This document shows positions 28,628 through 36,092 of a DNA stretch of 36,092 nucleotides, one piece after another. How positions within the stretch are numbered: the stretch's first letter is position 1; each line of letters starts with the position of its first letter. The position numbers and the translations under genes were made by a program. The notes below the pieces were generated by a model that was not told the origin of the DNA, searched no databases, and worked only from the letters and a program-made list of their open reading frames with translations. The stretch is from the sequence record SRR2962707_536. One strand, given 5' to 3'.

Positions 28628-29428
28628 ATGCCCAAACAAACCACATCGCAAGTCACCAAACTTGCGGATCGGGACATCTCGACGACCTTTGTCAAAGGTT
28701 TGGCGGTCCTAAAGGCTTTTGACGACACCCACACTCGCTTAACACTGGCAGAGATTGCGCAGCGGACCAATCTGGACCGGGCATCGACGCGGCGACTAAC
28801 CCTGACTTTGCTGCACTTGGGCTATGCCCAGAAAGACGGGCGGCATTTTTCCTTGTCGCCGAAAGTACTTGTTCTGGCAGGTAGCTTTCTGCGCGGGAAC
28901 CAGTTTGGTACAGATATTCAGCCCTTGCTCAATCGCGCATCCACCCAAATTGGGGCGACGGTGTCGCTGGCTTTGGCGGATGAGGATGCCGCAGTCTATG
29001 TCGCACAGTCTCATGTCTTGGAAGATGTGGTTTCCTTTGGCTTTACACTCGGCAGCCGGTTACCGCTTTTGCACACAGCAATCGGGCGAATGATTTTGGC
29101 CTATAGCGCCAAAGCATGGGCTGAGGAGAGAATCGAGACTGATGCGTTTGACACTTACAGCGCGACAACGATTACAGATCGACGGGTTTTAAGTGAAAAG
29201 GTCGCCGCAATTCGAACGGCGGGCTATGCCATTGTCGATGGTGAATTTGAACAGGGTGTCACCGGCTTTGCCGTACCTGTTGGTGGGGCGGGCACCTTAA
29301 AAGCGGTTGTCGGCCTGTCAAAGCCGTCAATACTGGTGCGTGATCCTGAGGAACAACTCAAAATCATAAGTCAGTTGCAACAGACGGCTTTTGCTTTGGG
29401 GCAATCGCGGATGTTCTCTGGTGGGTAG
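28628..29428 (+). CDS. IclR family regulator (PcaR/PobR-like)
   Basis: KGLAVLKAFD...LTLAEIAQRTNLDRASTRRL.LTL..LGY; GSRLP...TAIGR; GYAIVDGEFE.G. Confidence 0.92.
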   Translation: MPKQTTSQVTKLADRDISTTFVKGLAVLKAFDDTHTRLTLAEIAQRTNLDRASTRRLTLTLLHLGYAQKDGRHFSLSPKVLVLAGSFLRGNQFGTDIQPLLNRASTQIGATVSLALADEDAAVYVAQSHVLEDVVSFGFTLGSRLPLLHTAIGRMILAYSAKAWAEERIETDAFDTYSATTITDRRVLSEKVAAIRTAGYAIVDGEFEQGVTGFAVPVGGAGTLKAVVGLSKPSILVRDPEEQLKIISQLQQTAFALGQSRMFSGG

Positions 29429-29631
29429 TCGTCTGATGACAGAACACCCGCAAAAAGTTTTCATTTAAGTGGATCGGGTCTGCGTAAAATTTGCGCATCC
29501 GATGAGGTGCCGGGCTTTCTGAACGCCGGGCGATGATATCGCCCCTAGATTTGTCGTGAAGCCTTGGTTCCCCCCAACGAACAAGAAAGAATGCTGCGAC
29601 ACCCGGACTGACTTTGGGTTGGAGCATTGCC

Positions 29632-30336
29632 ATGAAATATCTCAAGATTGCCGCCGTTGGCGTCGCTATGCTGGCCTCACAAGGGCACGCGCATGAGGAG
29701 GGCGTGTCGATTGACGCGCAAATCCGTGCCTATCTGTTGGCGCATCCCGAAGTGATCATGGAATCTTTGGCGGTCTTGGCCGAGCGGGAACAACGCAGTC
29801 AGCTCTCGCAAAAAATCGCCTCTTTTCCAGCGCTATTTCAGGAAGATCCCGTTTTGGGCCTAGGGCGACCAGATGCGCCTGTCCGCGTCATTGAGTTTTT
29901 TGACTATAAATGTGTGCCTTGCAAAGCCATGCATCCGAAATTGACCGAACTCGTGGACAAAAAGCCGGATTTACGGATCGAGATGCGCCAACTCCCCATC
30001 CTGACGCCAGCGTCCGAACGCGCAGCTCGCTTTGCATTGGCGGTCAAAGACGTGGCGGGGGATGAAGCCTATAGACAGGTTCATAAGATGCTTTGGGCGC
30101 ACAAAGGCCCCTATAACACGGTCGTGTTTGGCCAGTTTGCCGACAAGGCTGCACTCGACTACGCCACTTTGGAGACGGTCATGGAAAGCGATGCCATCTC
30201 TGACCGGATCGAAGAAAACCGCGATATCGCGATCACCTTAGAAATACTGGGAACGCCGGCTTTTATCACACCGGACACTGTATCTTTTGGCCAAAGTGAC
30301 ATAGGTGCTTTGGCCAAAGAATGGCTTAGTCAATAA
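29632..30336 (+). CDS. DsbA family (Com1/ScsC-like) periplasmic thiol-disulfide oxidoreductase
   Basis: Signal peptide; YLLAHPEVI; EFFDYKCVPCK; GTPAF cis-Pro loop; GGAG RBS. Confidence 0.9.
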   Translation: MKYLKIAAVGVAMLASQGHAHEEGVSIDAQIRAYLLAHPEVIMESLAVLAEREQRSQLSQKIASFPALFQEDPVLGLGRPDAPVRVIEFFDYKCVPCKAMHPKLTELVDKKPDLRIEMRQLPILTPASERAARFALAVKDVAGDEAYRQVHKMLWAHKGPYNTVVFGQFADKAALDYATLETVMESDAISDRIEENRDIAITLEILGTPAFITPDTVSFGQSDIGALAKEWLSQ

Positions 30337-31126
30337 AGGCTTTTTCGACCACAAAATGCTGAGGTTTCGAGTTCGCGCCTTCGTCCAGACCGGCGTCGGC
30401 GCACAGGCTCATAATGTCTTTATTCAGTGCCAAATTTCCGCAAACCATCACGCGATCTTCTTCGGGTGTCCAGGCTGGAAATCCAAGCGCGTCAAAGACA
30501 CGTCCGTCGCGAATGTGATCACTGATACGCCCTTCGATCTTTGAATCTTCCCGGGTGGTTGTCGGATAGTAATGCAGTTTGTCGCCGACCAATTCACCAA
30601 TCAAAGGATCGTCAGGCAAAGCCGAGACGATCTCGGCACCATAGGCGAGCTCTTTTTGAGTCCGACAAGTATGTGCCAGGATCACCTCGTCATAAGCTTC
30701 CCAAGTTTCCGGATCGCGCAACAGCGAAGCGAACGGGGCGACACCGGTCCCGGTGCAAATCATCCAAAGCCGTTTGCCGGGCAACAAGGCATCCAGCACA
30801 AGTGTGCCCACAGGTTTTGGCCGCAGAATAATCTCGTCTCCGGGCTCAATTTTTTGCAGCTTCGATGTCAGTGGCCCATCGGGAACCTTGATTGAATAGA
30901 ATTCCAGCTCTTCGTCCCAACTTGGGGACGCAATGGAATAGGCCCGCAGCAATGGCTTGCCATCGTCCTTAAGAAGGCCAATCATCACAAACTCACCAGA
31001 CCGGAAGCGCAAAGATTGAGGGCGGGCGACCCGAAAAGAGAAAAGCGTATCACTCCAATGTGTTACAGACATAACGGTCTGGGCATCAGGCAGTATTTTA
31101 GCGCTGGGTGTGGCTTGCACGTTCAT
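30326..31126 (-). CDS. fpr: Ferredoxin--NADP(+) reductase (bacterial subclass I)
   Basis: FRSGEFVMIGL, RAYSIASP, GPLTS, TGTGVAPF, MVCG, VVEKAF. Confidence 0.95.
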   Translation of the reverse strand: MNVQATPSAKILPDAQTVMSVTHWSDTLFSFRVARPQSLRFRSGEFVMIGLLKDDGKPLLRAYSIASPSWDEELEFYSIKVPDGPLTSKLQKIEPGDEIILRPKPVGTLVLDALLPGKRLWMICTGTGVAPFASLLRDPETWEAYDEVILAHTCRTQKELAYGAEIVSALPDDPLIGELVGDKLHYYPTTTREDSKIEGRISDHIRDGRVFDALGFPAWTPEEDRVMVCGNLALNKDIMSLCADAGLDEGANSKPQHFVVEKAFID

Positions 31127-31139
31127 CGCAAGTTCCTTT

Positions 31140-31481
31140 CTAAGCGGCTTCGGCCGCAGGCTTTTCGGAAAAATGAGTTGTCAGCTTATTGTCTGTGCCA
31201 TCCAGATCATCTGCTGTTTCCAATGGTTCCTTGGCCTCAACAATGACCGGCCAAAGCTCAGAATATTTGCGATTGAAGTCGACCCATTTTTCCATGTCGT
31301 CTTCTGTGTCGGCGCGGATGGCGTCTGCAGGGCACTCAGGCTCGCAAACCCCGCAATCGATACATTCGTCTGGATGGATCACCAGCATGTTTTCACCTTC
31401 ATAAAAGCAATCCACCGGGCAGACGGAAACGCAATCGGTGTATTTGCAAGCGATACAATTGTCGGTGACTACAAAGGTCAT
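31140..31481 (-). CDS. fdxA: Dicluster ferredoxin FdxA
   Basis: [60 protein letters not shown] favours ATG 31481. Confidence 0.95.
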   Translation of the reverse strand: MTFVVTDNCIACKYTDCVSVCPVDCFYEGENMLVIHPDECIDCGVCEPECPADAIRADTEDDMEKWVDFNRKYSELWPVIVEAKEPLETADDLDGTDNKLTTHFSEKPAAEAA

Positions 31482-31603
31482 GGGCATCCCTTTCTGGATG
31501 GTTTTTATCGTTTTGCCGCGCCGCAGCAGACCTGTCCGTCAATAAATTGCTATTTTGCGATTCTGCGTCGCGGCATTCTTTGGGAGTAATAAAGGAGCCT
31601 CCC

Positions 31604-31894
31604 ATGATCGATAGTTTGACCGCCACTCCAGACGCCCGTTGCCTTCAAGTGCATTGGGAAACAGGAGAACAGTCTGATCTGTCCGCAGAAACACTGCGCC
31701 GCGAAGCCAGAGACGCGTGGTCCATTCGCGAACGCATCGATTCTGGTGAGGTCCGGGTTCTTCCCGGCATTACGATCACCGGATTGTTTCAAGTCGGACA
31801 TGGTGGCGTAAACGTCCATTTTTCAGACGGCCACGACCACGCAATCTTTCCTTTTGAGTATTTGCGGGAACTTTCCGACCGCTTTGACAAGTAA
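31604..31894 (+). CDS. DUF971 / GBBH-like N-terminal domain protein
   Basis: LQVHW, LR, VG..GVNVHFSDGHDHAIFPFEYLREL; AAGGAG RBS. Confidence 0.8.
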   Translation: MIDSLTATPDARCLQVHWETGEQSDLSAETLRREARDAWSIRERIDSGEVRVLPGITITGLFQVGHGGVNVHFSDGHDHAIFPFEYLRELSDRFDK

Positions 31895-31957
31895 TTGACA
31901 GTTGCCCGCTGCGCTGCAGCGCAGGCTCAAACAGTAGCCAGACCTTAGGAGTCGAGC

Positions 31958-33700
31958 ATGGACGAAATTTTGGATGGAATGACGCAGATTGACTGTGACA
32001 TCCTGATCATCGGTGGCGGAACAGCGGGGCCGATGGCGGCGCTGAAGGCCAAAAAGAAAAACCCCAAAGCAAATGTTGTTTTGTTGGACAAAGCCAACGT
32101 GAAACGCTCAGGCGCGATTTCCATGGGGATGGACGGGCTCAATAACTCGGTCATTCCGGGCTATGCGACGCCAGAGCAATACACCAAAGAAATCACCATC
32201 GCGAATGACGGCATTTGTGATCAGGCAGCGGTCTATCGCTATGCCGAAGAATGCTATGGTATCATTCAGGAATTGGACAGCTTCGGTATCCGTTTCCAGA
32301 AAGACCAAAACGGCGAATATGACGTTAAGAAGGTCCACCATATCGGGACTTACGTTCTGCCGATGCCAAATGGGGATACGGTCAAGAAGGCGCTTTATCG
32401 CCAACTGCGCAAAGCGCGGATCAACATTATCAACCGGTATATGGCCACGCGGCTTTTGACTGGTGAAGGCCGGGCGGCGGGCGCAATTTGCGTCAACACC
32501 AGAACATCTGAGTTTTTGGTTATCCGTGCCAAGGCCGTGATCATGGGGCTTGGTGCTGCGGGACGTCTGGGTCTGCCGACATCTGGCTATCTATACGGCA
32601 CTTATGAAAACGCGACGAACAGCGGCGAAGGTTATTCGATGGCGTATCACGCCGGTGCTGGCCTGGCGAACCTGGAATGCTACCAGATTAACCCATTGAT
32701 TAAGGACTATAACGGTCCGGCTTGTGCCTATGTGGCAGGGCCTTTGGGCGGCTTTACGGCGAATTCCGAAGGCGAACGCTTTATCGAATGTGACTACTGG
32801 TCCGGCCAGATGATGCAAGAATTCTATGATGAATTGCAGTCAGGCAAGGGGCCTGTGTTCCTTAAGCTGAACCACCTAGCTGAGGAAACTGTGGCTGAGA
32901 TTGAGCGTGTTCTGCACATCGTCGAACGTCCAACACGCGGCCATTTCCACGCCAATCGTGGGACAGACTATCGAAAAGACATGATCGAAATGCATATTTC
33001 GGAAATCGGTTTCTGCTCTGGTCACTCAGCGAGTGGTGTCTTTGTCGACGAACACGCCCGGACCACCATTCCCGGTCTCTATGCTGCAGGTGATATGGCC
33101 AACGTGCCGCACAACTACATGCTGGGTGCCTTTACCAACGGGGCTTTTGCTGGATTGGACGCTGTTGATTTCATCAATGATGTGGACTTTGCCAGCTTTG
33201 ATCAGGGCGAAGTGGATGCAGAACGCACCCGCGTTTTGGCGCCGACCAAACGGGATGATGGCATTCCGCCAAACCAGATCGAATATAAAACACGCCGTCT
33301 GGTGAACGATTATCTTCAGCCACCAAAAGTGACGGCTAAGATGGAACTCGCTCAAAAGCGTCTTGCAGAAGTGCGCGACGACATGGAGCAGGGCATGTAT
33401 GTGCGCGACTCACATGAGCTGATGCGGGCGCTCGAAGCCTCTTCGATCTTGGATTGCGCCGACATGGCGGCGGCAGCGTCGCTCTACCGGACCGAAAGCC
33501 GTTGGGGTCTCTACCACAACCGGGTCGAGTATGCCCGTGACGACGATAACTGGTTCTGCCACACCATTCTAACCAAAGGCGAAGACGGCAAGCCTGCGCA
33601 TCGTAAGCAAGAGGTGAAACCTTACGTCGTCGAAATCGGTGACGACGAAAAAGACGCCTACAACAAGCAACGTGTCGATACGACCGTGGCTGCGGAATAA
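31958..33700 (+). CDS. FAD-dependent oxidoreductase of the FRD/SDH/AprA family (AsfA/AprA-like)
   Basis: IIGGGTAG, KRSGAISMGMDGLN, GLYAAGD, RTESRWG; AGGAG RBS; no covalent-FAD His in the RSxx segment. Confidence 0.88.
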   Translation: MDEILDGMTQIDCDILIIGGGTAGPMAALKAKKKNPKANVVLLDKANVKRSGAISMGMDGLNNSVIPGYATPEQYTKEITIANDGICDQAAVYRYAEECYGIIQELDSFGIRFQKDQNGEYDVKKVHHIGTYVLPMPNGDTVKKALYRQLRKARINIINRYMATRLLTGEGRAAGAICVNTRTSEFLVIRAKAVIMGLGAAGRLGLPTSGYLYGTYENATNSGEGYSMAYHAGAGLANLECYQINPLIKDYNGPACAYVAGPLGGFTANSEGERFIECDYWSGQMMQEFYDELQSGKGPVFLKLNHLAEETVAEIERVLHIVERPTRGHFHANRGTDYRKDMIEMHISEIGFCSGHSASGVFVDEHARTTIPGLYAAGDMANVPHNYMLGAFTNGAFAGLDAVDFINDVDFASFDQGEVDAERTRVLAPTKRDDGIPPNQIEYKTRRLVNDYLQPPKVTAKMELAQKRLAEVRDDMEQGMYVRDSHELMRALEASSILDCADMAAAASLYRTESRWGLYHNRVEYARDDDNWFCHTILTKGEDGKPAHRKQEVKPYVVEIGDDEKDAYNKQRVDTTVAAE

Positions 33701-33711
33701 GGACTGCCAAT

Positions 33712-33954
33712 ATGCCTCTTGCACAAACTTCATCTACAGTTCCGGTCGTCGTCGACAAAGATCTGTGTATCGCTGACAAAGGTTGCACGGTCTGCGTGGA
33801 TGTCTGCCCTTTGGATGTGCTGCGCATCGCTGTCGAAGACGACGGGACCAAAACGGCTTTTATGAAATATGACGAGTGTTGGTATTGCATGCCCTGCGAG
33901 GCGGATTGCCCAACAGGTGCCGTGACCGTGAACATTCCCTTTTTGCTGAAGTGA
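33712..33954 (+). CDS. 2x[4Fe-4S] ferredoxin (AsfB/AprB-like)
   Basis: CIADKGCTVCVDVCP and CWYCMPCEADCP. Confidence 0.92.
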   Translation: MPLAQTSSTVPVVVDKDLCIADKGCTVCVDVCPLDVLRIAVEDDGTKTAFMKYDECWYCMPCEADCPTGAVTVNIPFLLK

Positions 33955-33961
33955 GACCTTT

Positions 33962-34915
33962 ATGAGCGGGCTATTTGAAGACTTCGACGATATTTCAGAG
34001 CTGGCCGAAGGTCTGGACGATCCTTCGGCGGGCGGGCGGATCATGGCCGTGATCGAATTGGCGGACACCGCTGATTCGGCTGTCATTCCCTACTTGGCTA
34101 AAGCCATTTCAGACGAGGATGCCGGGGTGCGCAAGCAAGCCGCCTTGGCGTTAACCAACTTTGACGGTCCTGAAACCGCGTTGGCCTTGGTCTCGGTTCT
34201 GAAAGACGAGGATCCGGCGGTGATTGCGGCGGCGGCCCTGAGTTTGACAGAGTTAAAAGACCCTGCGGCAGGGGACTCTATCCTGCCTGAGTTGGACGAT
34301 ATGGATGAGGTTAAGCTGACGGCTTGTTTGGCCGGGATCAAGGAATTGCGCCGTCCCGAAGCGATGGGACCAGCGGTTTTTGCCCTTAAACATGAGTCTT
34401 CAACGGTGCGGGTCCAAGCCGTTGGTGTGATCGGATGGCTTCAGGATGAGGGGTCGTTGCCCGCACTAAGGGACGCCGCGCATGATGCGGATACTCAGGT
34501 TCGGCGCACCGCCTTGGCTGCGCTTGGTTTTTCCAAGTCTGAACATGCTGAAGCCACGTTGGTTGAAGGCCTGTCAGACGGCGAATGGATGGTGCGGGAA
34601 TCCGCAGCAGAAACGCTGGCAAAAACCGGGTCTGCCACGGCCATTCCTGCGTTGCGACAGGCTTTGCTTGACGATTACTGGCAGGTTCGCCTGAAGGCCG
34701 TTCGGTCTTTAGGACGTTTGGGGGCAACAGAAGCCGCGATGGAAATCGGGCCGATGATGGATACGAGCATACCGAATTTGCGCAAAGAATGCGCGGCGGT
34801 GTTGGGTGAATTGGCTGTTCCAGAGACGATTCAATTCCTGGAAAAATATGCAGACGACACAGACCCTGATGTACGTAAAAACGTGCGCTGGGCTTTGGAT
34901 AAATTGGCCGCATAA
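33962..34915 (+). CDS. HEAT repeat (PBS lyase-like) protein
   Basis: About 9 repeats of the L.D.D..VR..A..AL pattern. Confidence 0.9.
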   Translation: MSGLFEDFDDISELAEGLDDPSAGGRIMAVIELADTADSAVIPYLAKAISDEDAGVRKQAALALTNFDGPETALALVSVLKDEDPAVIAAAALSLTELKDPAAGDSILPELDDMDEVKLTACLAGIKELRRPEAMGPAVFALKHESSTVRVQAVGVIGWLQDEGSLPALRDAAHDADTQVRRTALAALGFSKSEHAEATLVEGLSDGEWMVRESAAETLAKTGSATAIPALRQALLDDYWQVRLKAVRSLGRLGATEAAMEIGPMMDTSIPNLRKECAAVLGELAVPETIQFLEKYADDTDPDVRKNVRWALDKLAA

Positions 34916-34950
34916 CTCAACCACAACACTATTTGCACAAAAAGTGCGCA

Positions 34951-34977
34951 GCCCTCTTGAGCTTTGCTTAAGGGGGC
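34951..34977 (+). terminator. Hairpin after the HEAT gene
   Basis: GCCCTCTTGAGC-TTT-GCTTAAGGGGGC, a 12-bp stem with 2 G-U pairs; no U-tract. Confidence 0.4.
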
Positions 34978-35231
34978 CGAAATGCCCTCCGAAATAGAAT
35001 TAAGTCTTTGATAAATAACGATTAAAATGTTTGCGATTCTGACTTGAAATCCATGATTTGGTCGCTTTTCTGCGTGATTGTCGCCCGACCTCAAGAAAAT
35101 CGGCCTAAATCTTAACCAATTTGAGAATAGAGCCAATTTCGCCCTTTGTGATTCTTTGAACATTGCGATTTCGGCCGTCTACTGGGGGCAGAAATTCCTA
35201 GCCACTCCTTCAATCCCAATCGGAGACAGCA

Positions 35232-36092
35232 ATGTTTGCCAAGACAACACTAAGAGCCGCGCTTCTTGCCGCGACACTCATTCCCGCCGCGACGATCGCA
35301 TCGGCAGAGAAAATCAAAATTGCCGTCGGGCACCAATCCATGTGTACCGATACCTATACAGCCGGCATCGTGATCAAGGAACTGGGTTTGCTAGAGCAAT
35401 ACCTTCCAACGGATGGCAAGTATGCTGACGCGGATTATGACGTCAGCTGGGCCGACTACAGTTCTGGTGGCCCGATCACCAACCAGATGTTGGCCAACAA
35501 GCTGAACTTCGGTGTCATGGGGGACTATCCACTGATCGTAAACGGCGCCAAGTTCCAAGAGACTGACAGCCTGCGGACCCTTTATGTGGCTGGAACGGGC
35601 TACAACCTCAAAGGCTCCGGCAACGCGATTGTGGTTCCCGTTGAAAGCGACATCTATTCCATCGACCAGTTGATGGGCAAAGAAGTGTCCACACCTGTTG
35701 GCTCTGCTGCCTGGGGCATGTTGCTGAAGGCGATGCAGGACAACAACATTCCGACGTCAGAATATGTGCTTAAGAACCAAAGCCCTGCCGTTGGCGCGGC
35801 CAACATCGCAGCGGGTAAGATCGACGCGCACTCTGACTTCTGCCCTTGGTCGGAAATCATGGAATTCCGCGGCACAGGTCGTAAAATCTATGACGGTTCC
35901 GAAACGGGCGTTCCGTATCTGCACGGCGTCGTTGTTCGGGAAGATTTCGCAAAAGAATATCCTGAAGTCGTAGAAGCCTTCATTAAGGCTGTTTGGGCCG
36001 CTGGTGAATGGATCCGTGAAGATCCAATGCGGGCCGTTTCGATGATGGAAGGCTGGACCGGTGTCGAGAAAGAGGTTCTGTATCTCTATTTC
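35232..36092 (+). CDS. ABC substrate-binding protein, SsuA/TauA/NrtA-like (AsfC-like); 3' truncated by window edge
   Basis: Not in the ORF track (no stop). GGAG RBS; MFAKTTLRAALLAATLIPAATIASA|EKIKIAVGHQ...SGGPITNQMLANKLNFGVMGDYP...STPVGSAAWG; open to the end. Confidence 0.9.
   Translation, partial: MFAKTTLRAALLAATLIPAATIASAEKIKIAVGHQSMCTDTYTAGIVIKELGLLEQYLPTDGKYADADYDVSWADYSSGGPITNQMLANKLNFGVMGDYPLIVNGAKFQETDSLRTLYVAGTGYNLKGSGNAIVVPVESDIYSIDQLMGKEVSTPVGSAAWGMLLKAMQDNNIPTSEYVLKNQSPAVGAANIAAGKIDAHSDFCPWSEIMEFRGTGRKIYDGSETGVPYLHGVVVREDFAKEYPEVVEAFIKAVWAAGEWIREDPMRAVSMMEGWTGVEKEVLYLYF

Noticed and set aside
31958-33954. Calling these sdhA/frdA or dissimilatory aprAB
   Set aside because: No covalent-FAD His, SdhB or anchor subunits, and no sat, qmo or aprM; the context is an ABC importer with a HEAT protein.
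1-36092. CRISPR array, IS/transposase, integrase, prophage, tRNA or rRNA
   Set aside because: No regularly spaced repeats or recognisable motifs were found by eye.

Overview
Chromosomal-looking region (~55% GC) whose gene content suggests a marine Rhodobacteraceae/Roseobacter-group bacterium (inferred, not tested). In order: the end of a glycerol ABC binding protein and glpK; small accessory genes, including a Tat-signal RNI-type LRR protein; psd-pssA; a minus-strand aromatic alcohol/aldehyde operon (ALDH, Liv-type ABC transporter, ALDH, CalA-like SDR, flotillin) with a divergent AraC; a non-pyrrolysine MttB with LysR; two hollowed-out pseudogenes (GS-family and Fe-ADH); a second LysR; foreign-looking accessory genes; an IclR / Rieske oxygenase / GS-family unit; DsbA; and a divergent locus of fpr-fdxA versus DUF971, AprA/AsfA-like flavoprotein, ferredoxin, HEAT protein and a sulfonate-type ABC binding protein (partial). 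The best candidates for undescribed biology are (i) the flotillin plus tailed ABC ATPase operon, (ii) the AprAB/AsfAB-like locus with its own NADPH-ferredoxin chain and a shared promoter motif, and (iii) a gamma-glutamylation/Rieske amino-aromatic module. I saw no rRNA, tRNA, CRISPR array or transposase. All product calls come from motif recognition by eye; no database searches were run.
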